Part shown: positions 51,374-64,000 of the stretch, piece after piece | How positions within the stretch are numbered: the first letter of the stretch is position 1 | Layout: every line of letters starts with the position of its first letter | Notes under the pieces: model-generated | Told to the model about the DNA's origin: nothing | Seen by the model: the letters and a program-made list of their open reading frames with translations, nothing else | The model's database searches: none | Origin: Octopus vulgaris | Taxonomy: Eukaryota | Direction: 5' to 3' | Assembly (NCBI GenBank): GCA_951406725.2 | Contig: OX597815.1 | Coordinates: 126,666,001-126,730,000, forward strand | DNA length: 64,000 nt | Position numbers and translations under genes: made by a program

Positions 51374-54034
51374 TGCATGTTAATGTGTTTGTTTGTATTT
51401 GCATCTCTTTGAAAAATTGTAGAGCTTCAAGTGAATATTGCCATCATTTTCCCAGTCAACAATTAGCCCTTCGACTTTGAACCTTCAAAGATGTAGAGTG
51501 CAATATCCCTCACTTGAAAAGCAGATGAGGCCTAGTGTCAGGAAGAGAATGTGGCTACAAAATAATGCCTCAATAATATATTCATCTAGAACTACATTAT
51601 CCAGTGTGCCCTTTCCATATTCAAAACATTTGAGTATGATCTAAGACTGATTTAGTTGTTGTTTCTTTCAGGTTGAGCAACAAGATAGAGGTATACTTGT
51701 TGACTTGTGAAACCATAAAATAGATAGTAACAGTCGTCATCATCATCATCATCATCATTGTTTAACGTCCGCTTTCTATGCTGGCATGGGCTGGATGGTT
51801 TGACTAAGGACTAGTGAGCCAGAAGGCTGCACCAGGCTCCAATCTGATCTAGCAAAGTTTCTACAACAGGATGTCCTTCCTAATGCCAACCACTCTGAGA
51901 GTGACCCTGCTGAAGTGAAAAGAATTGAGAGAATTGAAGCTATCCAAAATAAATGGTAAAATTAGATGAAGTGCAGAACAATTAGCATCCAATCAGAATA
52001 ACAATGATAGGCAGGATGTAGTAATACAACATAGCCAATTATACTTCCTTTGATTAAATTACATTCTGTAGTTACCTTCAAGGAAGGTGGTAGAATTTGA
52101 TGTAGGAAGACACAGAAAAGAAATCTTAGATCAAGGCTTCTCAATGGTGCAAGTGACTGGAGACTTTGAGTAAAACTGATGAAGGTGTTTATGTTTCAAA
52201 GTTAAATTTCAAAAACAGTAAAACAATGTCTGGATCTTACATTAAAGTTCAGTTTGACAAAAATAATCCTGGTTGTCAAGTTCATTCTGTCATGGTGTCA
52301 AAGGAGTCAGTATGAGAAGTAATAATGCAAGGAACCATCTTACATATGCAAAATTAGAGATTTGTGCAAGGTATGATGGTAGTAAAGTATTTCTTACTGG
52401 GGTTGATGTCATTGATTCGAAACTAAATCTAAAAAATCTTTAGAGTTAAGAAGGACATCGTAGCAGTAGTATTTGAAGACAAGAGAAAGGAATGTCGTAT
52501 TTAGTTATGACAAATGCAAGTGAAAGAGCAAGCAAACTGAAACCAAAGAACAACTCATCCTCAACTGGTAGTCTGAAGAAACGGTAGACTTATGTACAGT
52601 TGAGGTAGTTTCAGATTAGTATGGGGTACAGTTTACCACTGTAAGTAACTATAGTACAGTGTAAATACTGTATCAATTGCACAGTGTTACAATCACTTTG
52701 TAGTGCTGTGTAACTGAGAAACATTTCATTGGTTTCCAGAGTTGATTTCAACTCTTCTATCAGGGAAAGCTACAAGAGATATGTCCTATTGAGAGGGCGA
52801 TTCATCTCTCATCCACTTGATGTAAATAAAATATAAAGCATAGCTACTGATCCCATGGATTGTTGGGATTCATAGAAAATTAGCTAAGAAAAGCTGTAGT
52901 TACATTTCTTTTCATAATGAAAACAAAATGGACATCAAAAATGAAAGAATGATCATATTCTCAGGAAACAAATGATATGCCAGCATAAAGGTTTAATTAA
53001 AGATGGTGGAACAGCTAGTTTTTTTTCTCTCCTTTTAAGCCTATTTATTATGCAGCTACCATATAAAAGAAGATTATCATTTGGAAAAGAAAATTATTAT
53101 CTGAAAAAGAAAATTATTATCTGAATATTTGGCTTGTTTTTATTGCTATAATCTTAACACAAACATTATTTTCATCCAGCAATTTAGTTTAAATTCACTT
53201 TCTTGCTCTTTCTTTGTATCTTTCTCTATTCTTCCTTTCTAATTTCACTCTATGACTCCCTCTCCCACTTGTGTGTTTTATTCTATTGCTATAGTTACTT
53301 CAGTTTACAGGCCTCCCACTCATTCTCCCAACATCTTTTTATGTCTCTCTAGCTATTTCTTTCTCAATTTCCTTGTGTGTGTGTGCATGTATGTGTGTGT
53401 GTGTGAGTGTGAGTATGAGTGTGCATGTATTTAGGCACACATACACATGCATACATAGTCATATATATATTATGTAGTTGAGTGGTACATCCTTCATTAT
53501 GGCAAATGACTAGTTATCATGGGTTTTACATTTGCCATTGCACTCAGCAGTTAGGCAATTCATCAGACCTATTGACCAAAAGCACATAGCTTCTTTACTA
53601 ATGGCAGTAGTTGTATAGTTCTGTTCAGTTAGTGAAAAACACTGCAACCAAACAAAAAAAAAAAAAGAAGGAAAAACAACTTTCCTGAGAGGAAAAGAAG
53701 AGTTATCTCCTCTTGAACAATTTCAGCTGTGACTGAAATGGGCCATTCTGCAGATGTTATTTTTCTGTTCTCTAGTTTGCAAAGGGGAAGGTCATGTTCC
53801 CATAAGGAATTTTCTGCCATGAGGCTATTGGCTAAATATGTGTGTGTGTGTGTGTATAAAATATATATATAAGTATAGGAGTGGCCGTGAGTTAAGAAGC
53901 TTACTTCCCAACCACATCGTTCCAGGTTCAATCCCACTGCATGGTACCTTAGGCAAGTATCTTCTACTATAGCCTCAGATCAACCAAAGCCTTGTGAGTG
54001 GATTTGGTAGATAGAAACTGAAAGAAGCCTGTCG

Positions 54035-54087
<53 letters not shown>

Positions 54088-54097
54088 TTGTGTATCT

Positions 54098-54590
54098 GTA
54101 TCTATGATCCAGCATCGTTTACTTTCTTTCTCAATTAACACAATGTCTGGTTTCCTATTCTCTATCTCATGATTGCACTGAATCATAAAATCCCATAGGA
54201 TCTTTGCATTATCATTTTCGATGATACCTTCAGGTTTATGTTTGTACCACTTTTTTGCTCTGCTAAGTCCATAGTTGTTGCAAAGGGTCCAATGGACAGT
54301 CCTTGCTATGTTGTCATGATGTCTCTTATATTCTTTCTGGGCTAGTCGTGTACATTGACTGGTAATATACCATACAGTTTCACCATTTTGTCCACAAATT
54401 CTGCACTTATCACTTTCTGATGTGTTGTCTATTCTGTATTTGATGTAATTGGTTCTTAATGCTTGCTCTTGAGCAGCACAGATTAGCGCCTCCATTTTCT
54501 GTTTTAAATCACTTTTAGTCATCCATAGTCATCTTTTTTCTTCTGTCTGTCTTATTTTTAACATCCCTATTGAAATTGTCCATGCATTTC
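54098..54590 (-). mobile_element. R4-clade LINE fragment (CCHC + RLE)
   Basis: EALICAAQEQALRT...CRICGQNGETV...KEYKRHHD...ILWDF...RKPDIV. Confidence 0.85.
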
Positions 54591-55379
54591 AATACCTTGG
54601 CCAAAAAATACGAATCCCAGAAGATGCTCAGATAAGAATTTTTGTCTTTTCAACCTCGTTCATCTACTCTTCTATTTCTGCACAGATCATAAACCCCTTA
54701 TCAGTTCTTTTCATTATTCTGTCTATTTCATTACCATGTCAACATGTAAATATAGATTCAATAGTTTCGTCTTCCTTGTTGTTGCCTTAAGATAACCTTA
54801 GTTCACACATTTCTTTAACCGCAAAATGTTCATTTATCACTTAGTCACTTTTCTCTAATTCTGTCTTAGATTGGCTCTCAGATTCTTCAATTCTATTTTA
54901 CTATTATAGACATTTGCTGTCTCATTAAATTAACTATGCCACACAAATCCTAAAAGAACATCTTTCTCCCTCGTGTTCTGACCACCACTACCACTACCCC
55001 CTCTCTCTCCCTGTCTCACCCTGTCTCTCTCTCTCTCTCGACCTCACTCTGTCTGTGTGTCTCTCTCTCTTTCGATTATCACTCGCCTCATCAAGACTTC
55101 CTCCTCCACCTCCACAACCACCACCCTAAATAAACTAGTATGCACTCGGATTCCCCTACTCGACTTTTAATACCTCCACTGAAAGAATACTTATCCAGAA
55201 GATGCTCTCATCTAAATTTGCTAGTTCGCGGTACACCCACCCTCCACCTGTACTGGAGTCCCTATTCTTTGTCATCCTTTGGTTGTCTCCCATGAACACT
55301 TCTAAAGGCTTTACGCCATCCCCACCCCTACTTAGGGTTTTAACTACTATGTAAGGTAGTGATCGTATAGTGCAAAAAT

Positions 55380-56490
55380 ATGATAGTGTAGTGTATGCAG
55401 GTTGTACCTAAGGCTGTTGTTTGTTTATGAATTCTGCCAAATGCGAGCTCTCTTTTCAGGTACATGACACTACTGTCCCCCGTCCCAGGGTCTCAAGAGC
55501 CCATACCTCTGACACCCTCAGGGTTGGCACTCTCAACTTCGGCACACTGAAAGATAGGTCTGGTGAGATTGTTGAGATGTATCGATATGAGATGTGTCGA
55601 GATTGTTGAGATGTGTCGATATGTGCTGCATCCAAGAAGGTGGAGAGGAGGTTCCGTTAGATTCCTCACAAGCAAAGAACACAGCTACAAGATTTTCTGG
55701 GCAGGGAACACTGATGGGGTTGGGGGGCATGGGTATACTTCTTACAGAAAATGGGTGGACAAGGTAATTGAGGTACTCAGAGTATGCAACAGAATACTTA
55801 AGATTAGAGTAGTGCTTCATCATGGGTTAGCAACAATTATCTGAGGCAATGACTAGTAACCGAGACTTTTGGAAATATGCTGTGCTTGAGAAGACCTGGC
55901 AAGCCAAGTGAGACCATAACCTCATAGCCTATACCAGCCCACTTATGCATACCTTTCCTTCATTGGACACTAAACTCTGCTTGCAAAGACCTGTTGAGGT
56001 AAGTGAAATCAAAATCGAAATCAAATTCGATGACTGGCATCCATGCTAGTGGAGCGCTAAGAGCACCATCTGAGCACGGTTGTTGCTAGAGCAGTTAACT
56101 GGCTTTTGTGTCTGTGGCACGTAAAAAGCACCATTGAAGTGTGATCGTTACCAGTGTCACCTTACTGTCATTTGTGCCAGTGGAACATGAAAAAACATTC
56201 GAGCGTGGTCGTTACCAGTGCCGTTGGACTGGCTCCTGTGCAGGTGGAATGTAAAAAACACCATTTGAGCATGGCTGTTGCCAGTACCGCCTGAGTGACT
56301 CTCATGCCGGTGGCATGTAAAAGCACCCACTACACACTCGGAGTGGTTGGAGTTAGGAAGGGCATCCAGCTGTAGAAACTCTGCCAGAACAAGATTGGAG
56401 CCTGGTGCAGCCATCTGGTTCACCAGTCCTCAGTCAAATCATCCAACCCATGCTAGCATGGAAAGCGGACGTTAAACGATGATGATGATG
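55380..56490 (+). mobile_element. Internally deleted RTE LINE (APE start joined to the 3' end)
   Basis: LRVGTLNFGTLKDRSGEIVEM (APE N-terminus), then a jump at ~55842 to the ORF end and 3' UTR, ending in (GAT)n. Confidence 0.8.
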
Positions 56491-56491
56491 A

Positions 56492-57590
56492 TTCTTTTCT
56501 TTATCTTCCTATTTTCAGTTTCATTCATTTTCAAGTGCTTGCACAGTGCTTTATCTTTGCAATTTTCCATCCTACACAAGCCTGGCCTTCTTACTTCCAA
56601 TAATAATGGTTCTGTGGCATTTTTTACATACCATGCTATGCTGTTTTCTTCTGCTCTAACATTGTGTTCACATCCAATCAGTCCTCTTCCCTCTCTTTTT
56701 CTTGGTACATACAGTCTGTCTGAGTCACTTTTTGGGTAGAGTGACCCATATCTAGTCAGCAACTTCCTTGTCTTTCTGTCTAAGCTATTTAGTTCATCTA
56801 CTGTCCATGCTATTATCCCTGCTCCATATCTAAGGAATGAAAACACCCAGGTCTTAATAGCTTCAATCTTATTCCATCCGTTTAATTTCAACTTAAGGAT
56901 CAGTCTCAGTTTGTGCAAGTACTCCACCTTAAATTTTTTCTGTCATTTCTTTCTCCATCAATTTATCTATTTCCAATATCCCCTAGTACTTATAGCCCAC
57001 CTCTTCTATTTGTTTCATATCCTCCCCTGACAGTACCACTAGTCTGTCCATACATTTAATTTTGCATCTCTTCAAGACTAACACACCACACTTTTTCAGT
57101 CCGAACTCCATTCTGATATCAGCACTGAAGGTATACACCATATCAACGAGGGAACTGACTTGCAATTCATCTTTACCATTAAGTTTGAGGTCATCCATGA
57201 ATAACAAGTGGTTGACTTTATGTTGGCGGCTCTTGAATACACAACTAGCTTTTACTTTTCTCAGAATCAGTGTTAGTGGTTTCCTACACAGTACAAAGAT
57301 CAGTGGGGACAGTCAGTCTCCTTGGCAGATGCCTCTCATAATTTCTATTATCCCTAAGCTTCTTCCATATGCTTTCAGTTCCATCCTCAACTTCACCATA
57401 GTTCTTCCAAGCAATCGCTAAACATTCGATATAATATCAAATAGTTTGTGCATTCCATAATCCAAGACGGTGGGATCATATCATATGCCTTACAATAATT
57501 GACCCATGACATGACTAAGTTTTCCTCCTCTTGCAATCTCTAAGTACAGTTTGTCTACTAGGAGTTGATCCTTAGCACCTCTGCACTTAT
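56492..57590 (-). mobile_element. R4-clade LINE fragment (RT/thumb); probably the same element as 54098-54590, split by the RTE insertion
   Basis: HLLFMDDLKL, MEFGLKKC, YKY, LNGWNKIEAI, LDRKTRK, RLYVPRKREGRGL. Confidence 0.85.
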
Positions 57591-58084
57591 TATTATTACT
57601 GTGTGAGAGAGCAGTGCATGCCGTCAAAGTGAGACTGGGCTAAAGTATACAAAGCCCAGAATATCCATCATGATTACTCATCTGGTACATGCATCACAAG
57701 GCACATGCATCACAACATGGTGATCTCAAATCGAGATTAACAGCTCATGACCTTGCAGGTGGAGGCCCAGTTAGAATTTTCTTCAGGTCAAGGAGCCCAT
57801 CCTGCTCAGAAGGTCCCTGAATAAGGGTTGTTTAAAGATGTTGAATGAAACACCCATGTTTCCAGAGATGAATTATCCAAATCCCAAAGAATTCCTCTCA
57901 ACACATGGCTATGATGCTCCCCTACTACTTCTGCTTGTGATCAGAGATGCACATATTGTCAGCCACTAAGGGGCATGCTCAACTGGTTAAGGTCAAACAA
58001 CTGACAAGCAAATCTGTGGTATTGAGCAGAATATTTGTTGTAGCCCATTATTATTATTATTATTATTATCATTATTATTATTAT

Positions 58085-58575
58085 TTCTATCTAAATTTTT
58101 AGTTTCCTTATACTTTTTATTAATTTTCAGCATCTCTATAATCCTATCATTTTCCAGAACTTTATTATTATTTTGATGATTCTGGATGTAGTAAACCTTA
58201 TCTTTATATCCAGCTTCCAATAATGCATGATTATAATAAGTTTGATTTTGTTTAACTCTTTCATTACCAACCTGGCTGAAACTGGCTCTGGCACTGTAGT
58301 ACAAATGTTTTGTTTACAAATGTTTTAAAATAAAATCTTCCACCAAACCTTAGTCACAATTAATGTTCCTAACACTAGCTTAATGATAACTAAGTTATTT
58401 TACTAAATTCTTTGTTTTATCTAAAATAATTGAGAGAAACACAAAGCATCTCAAAATAAATACAGTAATGAAAGTGTTAAATATATCCTCATTAGCTGAA
58501 AGCCTCAAAATATGAGTAAATATATTCTTAATGATTGAATTTATTATGCTTCTTAGATGATTATTTATAAGCACC
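58085..58575 (-). mobile_element. Penelope-like element remnant (RT thumb region), interrupted by a MITE
   Basis: After removing the MITE: NHLRSIINSIIKNIFTHILRLSANEDIFKQNQTYYNHALLEAGYKDKVYY. Confidence 0.65.
58256..58476. mobile_element. piggyBac-type MITE inserted in a Penelope remnant
   Basis: TTAA|ctctttcattac...gtaatgaaagtg|TTAA, 221 bp. Removing it restores the flanking reading frame. Confidence 0.85.
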
Positions 58576-58715
58576 ACTGGTGGTAAGGCAACTGCAGAAG
58601 AAATACCTAGCCAAAGATAAACCTTGGTACTTGGCTTTTGTTGACTTGGACAAAGTTTTTGGCAGAGTCCGCTGATCCGTTATCTGGAGATCAATGCAGA
58701 AACTAGGGATAGATT
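58575..58715 (+). mobile_element. RTE reverse transcriptase fragment
   Basis: Translates RQLQKKYLAKDKPWYLAFVDLDKVFGRV...IWRSMQKLGID. Confidence 0.65.
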
Positions 58716-59162
58716 TATTCTAGATATGAAGTCATCTCTGTTGGCCATAACAAGTTGAGAAGCAGCGATGGATAAAGAAACTATGTCAACTGGATGTTAA
58801 TTTCATCTTTAATTAGGTCTGTTGAAAAATTGTTATGGACTTCAATGAGAACCAGAGAAAGGTACTATTGTTAAATGTTGGCTGGGCTGGGTTGGGCTGG
58901 GCTGGAGTTACTTGAAAACTAGAGCACAAGTGAAATATAATAAAAGGAAGTAGTGGAGTTGGAGAGGAGGGACAATTGGTTGATATAAAACAGCATTGAA
59001 TGAGATGGAGAGGATAGAGATGTGACTGAGAGAACATGTTGAGATAGTGAAAAAGAAATGAAGTTAGAGTGGTAAAAAGATAGAAAGAGAAAAAAATAAA
59101 AAAAGGAGGAGAAATAGTGGAAAGAATGCTCACAAATGCACATGCTCACACATATATATGTA

Positions 59163-59246
<84 letters not shown>

Positions 59247-59359
59247 TGTATGTATGTATGTATGTATGTATGTATGTATGTATGTATGTATGTTTGTATG
59301 TATGTATGTATGTATTCACCTGGTAAGCTAATGATTCTGCCAGTTTGCCATCTTATATT

Positions 59360-59411
<52 letters not shown>

Positions 59412-59427
59412 TAATAATAATGATAAT

Positions 59428-60519
59428 AGGCCTTATACAGCTGGAAAGCTATTATGAAATAACTGCAAAAATACCTACTTCAGAAGCAAGGAAAACTAAT
59501 ACAAATAGCCACAAAACACGAGCAAAACAAAAAACTGTTTTCAGTATTTAAGGAAACTGACAAATACAAACAAGAAGTCATACTACTGAACAAATATGAA
59601 GAAGAAGAAGAAGAAGAAACAACAAAAGCTATAAAACAAATGAAATCCAAACTAAAACTAGAACAGCAACAGACCACGATAAAACGATGGCAAGAAAAGC
59701 CTCTTCATGGCAAATACTGGGCTAAACTAAATGCAAAAGAAATAGACAGAGAAAAATCCCAGCCGTGATTGAAAGGGACTCAAAGCAGAGACTGAAGGAT
59801 TTTTAATTGCAGCACAAGACCAAAGCCTCTCCACCAGAAATTACCAAAATCATATAATGAAAAGAAACATAACAAGTAACTGCAGAATATGTGGAGATGG
59901 ACAAGAAACAAAAATTCATACTATCTCTGGCTGCCCAATCCAGGCTAAGAAGGAATATATTCACAGACACTGGAAATTATGCCAACACTATGGAATAACA
60001 AAAGAAAAATTGGAAAGGCACACAGTAGAAAAGGTCACAGAAAACGAGAAAGCAACCATACTCTGGGATATGCCACTACACACAGATAGAGAAATTAAGG
60101 TCAATAGGCCAGATATAGTTGTTAGAGATCATGAAGAAAAAAAATGCTTTCTAATTGATGTATCAATACCAACAGATGATAACATTTCTCTAAAAGAAAT
60201 GGAGAAATTTTCAAAATACAAAGACCTAAAAATAGATGTAACTCGAGTGTGGGATCTAAAAACAGAAACAATTTCTATCATAGTAGGTGCATTAGGTATG
60301 ATAAAAAAATATTCAGACAAATACATACCAAAACACCAGAACTTACAAATATATATAACATAAAGAAAATTGCACTACTCGGCACTGCACACATCCTATG
60401 TAAAATACTTTCAATACAGTAACCATAAGAGCATCACAACAAACCACAGCACAAACCCAAGGTACACAGAGCTGTGCTTGGTAGTGAAGTGAAAGCATGC
60501 TATAAAAATAAAACTACTG
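59428..60519 (+). mobile_element. Dong/R4-type RLE LINE fragment inserted in (TAA)n
   Basis: LHGKYW, EGFLIAAQDQ, CRICG...H..SGC, NRPDIVV, LIDVSIP, EKFSKYKDL; flanked on both sides by (AAT)n. Confidence 0.85.
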
Positions 60520-60780
60520 AATAATAATAATAATTATTATTTCAAATTTTGCCACAAGGGCAGCTTGAGGGATGAGATTAAGTTGATTACATTGACCCTA
60601 GTGCGTAACTGGTACTTATTTAATTGATCCTAAGAGGATGAAAGGCAAAGTTGACCTTGGCAGAATTTGAACTCAGAATGTAGTGACAGACAAAATACTG
60701 CTAAGCACTTCGCCCAGTGTGCTAACGATTCTGCCAGCTCACCGCCTTATATCATTATTATTATTATTATTATTATTATT

Positions 60781-61050
60781 TTTTCTTCTTTCAAATTTGC
60801 TTCCATTTCTTGCCGAGTGTCTTCCCGACTCCTAGGGCAAAGAAACTCATAGTATACATTGGTAGGCCATTAAACCAAACTCAATAGTTCGTTAATTTTT
60901 AATTTTTTAATTTTTTTTTTTAAGTTAAATTAAAATACATGAGCAGCAACAGTTCTCACATCGACAATGCTATTCTCAATACGTGTGATGTACCAGTTAA
61001 GACAATCTTTTGCACTTCTTGCAGGGATGGTAAGCCAGGGATCATTCTCA
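60781..61050 (-). mobile_element. 3' tip of a different RLE LINE family in (TAA)n
   Basis: IPGLPSLQEVQKIVLTGTSHVLRIALSM* plus 3' UTR, flanked by (AAT)n. Confidence 0.65.
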
Positions 61051-61119
61051 TATAATTATTATTATTATTATAATTATTATTATTAGTATTATTATTATTA
61101 GTATTATTATTATAATAAT

Positions 61120-61610
61120 AAAGGTCACAGAAAACGAGAAAGCAACCATACTCAGGGATATGCCGATACACACAGATAGAGAAATTAAGGCCAACAGACC
61201 AGATATAGTTGTCAGAGATCATGAAGAAAAAAAATGCTTTCTAATTGATGTATCAATATCGGCAGATGACAACGTGTCTCTAAAAGAAATGGAGAAACTT
61301 TCAAAATACAAAGACCTGGAAATAGAGGTAACCAGAATGTGGAATCTAAAAACAGAAACAATTCCTATCATAGTAGGTGCATTAGGCATGATAAAAAAAT
61401 ATTCAAACAAATACATAACAAAAACACCAGGACTTACAAACACATATAACATACATAAAATTGCACTACTAGGCACTGCACACATCCTATGCAGAACACT
61501 TTCCATACAATAACCATCAGAGCATCACAACAAATCACAGCACATACCTAAGGCACACAGAGCTGCGCTCGGTAGTGAAGTGAAAGCACGCTATAAAAAT
61601 AAAACTACTG
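61120..61610 (+). mobile_element. Second Dong/R4-type 3' fragment inserted in (TAA)n
   Basis: ANRPDIVVRD...EKLSKYKDLEIEV...PIIVGALG...ALLGTAHIL; same 3' terminus (aaaactactg) then (AAT)n. Confidence 0.85.
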
Positions 61611-61639
61611 AATAATAATAATAATAATAATAAAAAAAT

Positions 61640-62198
61640 AAATGTCCTGATGCAGTACCAGGCAGTGGCTCTCATGGCTTCTCATCTTAACTGATTGGAA
61701 GTGTTATCATGTACATTGTGTTGTCTTGGTATAAAAGATTGGCTACAGCAAATATTCTGCTCGATACCACAGATTTGCTTGTCAGTTGTTTGACCATAAC
61801 CAGTTGAACAAGTCCCTTAGTGGCTGACGATATGTGCATCTCTGATCACGAGCAGAAGTAGTGGGGAAGCATCATAGCCATGTGTTGAGAAGGATTCTTT
61901 GGGGTCTGAATAATTCACCTCTGGAAACATGCGTGTTTCATTCAATATCCTTAATCAACCCTTATTCAGGGACCTTTTGAGCAGGATACGTTACTTGATC
62001 AGAAGAAAATTCTAACTGGACCCCACCTGCAAGGTCATGTGCTGTTTATCTTGATATGAGATCATCATGTCGTGCACATATGGCTGTGATGCATGTACCT
62101 GGTGTACCCTTATCAGACGGGTAGTCATGATGGGTATACTGGGCTTCGTATATTTTACCCCAGTGTCACTTTGATGGCATGCACTGCTCTCTCACTCA
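61640..62198 (+). mobile_element. Non-coding ~560-bp element flanked by (TAA)n; inverted partial copy at 57597-58047
   Basis: Ends gcatgcactgctctctcactc followed by (aat)n. The reverse complement matches 57597-58047, which is also bounded by (TTA)n. Confidence 0.7.
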
Positions 62199-63565
62199 AT
62201 AATATTAATAATAATAATAATACAAACAGTAAACATGAAAAAAATGGAAATAAAGATTGCATATATCTTTTTAGAGAGTTGAACTGAAGATCATAAGGTC
62301 ATGGGTTCAATTCCTGGATCAAGTAATATATTGTGACCTTGAGAAAGGCACTTATTTTATATCCCTGCAGCCTACTTGACTGAAAATGAATAGCAGTTAA
62401 CAGCTAGTGCAACCATCTCTCTATCCAGCTGTCACATCAAGTCTCTACTGTTAAAACTTTTTTAAATCTAAAACTAAATTTAGAACTAAATACATTCTCT
62501 GATATGGAAAGAATTAACTCATCATTTCTCTGAGGTGTTAAAGATTTTCTCATGCACTTATCAAATCAATACAAGTGGATAATTAATTTTTGATTTCTAA
62601 TTTTTGATATACAGAATCTGAATAGAGAGCATATAGAGTTCTGTTTGCAGCAAAGATGAATAAAACAGATAAATCAAACTAGTAATCTTTTGAATATCAG
62701 ACTTACATGATTTTTATAAGATTTTAATCACTAAATATTTCAGAGCAATAAGTGCTGAGTGTTCTGGGAGTCTTTTACGTATCACTGGTAAGGGCACCCA
62801 TGCCAGTGACTCGTGAAAGCACCCAATACACTCTGTAAAGTGGTTGGTATTAGGAAGGGCATCCAGATGTAGAAACCAAGCCAAAATAGACTGGAACCTG
62901 GTGTAGCTCTCTGGCTTACCAGCTCTGGTCAACCATCCAACCCATGCCAGCATAGAAAATGAATGTTAAAAGATGATGATAATGATGATGTATTCATCTT
63001 CTTTATTCATCTACTACAGGTGTCTATAATCCTGGATCTCTCCCACCTCCTGTCTCACACACATAGTAAGTTATCAGACTAGTCTTTCAGTAGCCAGCTG
63101 TCAATGTCATTGAGTATTTTCTCTCTGACTTCCCTAGCTTCTTCTTCCTTTCAGTTTTTTTTTAATGATTTACTTTGTCTTCTCATATCATGTCCAATAA
63201 ATTTAGCTTGTTGCCTCCATTTGTTGTTAAGAAAATTCTCTAGTGGTTTCTCTTCAGCTAAGGAGTTTAATCTTTGTTGTTCTCTCTTTTATCTTTTATT
63301 TGTTTCTGTCATTGAACTGTGGCCATGCTGAAGCACTGGCTTGAAGGGTTTGGATTGAACAAATGGAACCTAATGATTATATTTTCTTTTAAGTTTGGTA
63401 CTTATTCTATCGATCCTTTTTGGTAAACCACTAAGTTACAGTGCTTTAAGCAAACCAACACTAGTGGTCAAATAGTGGCCTGAAAGAGGTAGACACAGAT
63501 GCAAAAACATGCCACCCCACACTCACACACACACTTACACACATATACTCACACACAGACAAACA

Positions 63566-63635
<70 letters not shown>

Positions 63636-64000
63636 TACACACATGTGCATACAAACATGACGAATTTCCACACAGTTTCTGTCTACTAAATTTATTAGCC
63701 AGGAATTTGTAATATAGTAAAAAACCACAATAAGACTGAAACTTAAATCATGTGATTGCAAAGCAAACTGGATTGGTAAGTTATTGCTCTTGCCCTCTGA
63801 TGCTTCTGGTGACAAACCATATGAAACAACATGTTCTATGTATGCTCCTAGGACCCTAGGACTCTTCTTCTAACTCTTTTTTTTTGTTGGTAATTATATT
63901 TAATGTTACCAAAAGCAGCCTTAACCTATTCAGCCCTTCATTTAATTTCTTTCATCTTTCCCCATCTGATGGAATGAGATTCCCAAATATTTAAGGTTGT

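Noticed and set aside
22764-64000. Upstream KCNQ exons (S1-S3; expected ...GQVFATSAIR)
   Set aside because: Not found by eye on the minus strand. They probably lie beyond the window, though a diverged short exon could have been missed.

Overview
AT-rich, microsatellite- and transposon-dense animal genomic DNA. The repeat families look like those of Octopus (inference, not searched). The whole window lies inside a large minus-strand KCNQ1 (Kv7.1)-type potassium channel gene. Three coding exons are clear: S4/S4-S5 at 22667-22763, S5/turret/pore helix at 16855-16995 and selectivity filter/S6 at 8150-8260. Their lengths (97/141/111 nt) and phases match human KCNQ1 exons 5-7 as I recall them. I did not find the neighbouring exons. 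The introns hold a near-full-length CR1-type LINE, many RTE and R4/Dong-type LINE fragments, tRNA-derived SINEs, piggyBac- and Tc1-type MITEs, a palindromic MULE/FLYWCH derivative and Penelope remnants. The most notable signal is a set of Penelope-type minimal hammerhead ribozyme motifs. One with an intact core (7586-7665) is on the KCNQ sense strand about 0.5 kb downstream of the pore exon and overlaps a 108-bp near-perfect inverted repeat. The pore exon is also enclosed by a ~230-bp inverted duplication. A separate tRNA-headed element carries a degenerate hammerhead and an inverted terminal repeat. All structures were read by eye; TE boundaries are approximate.
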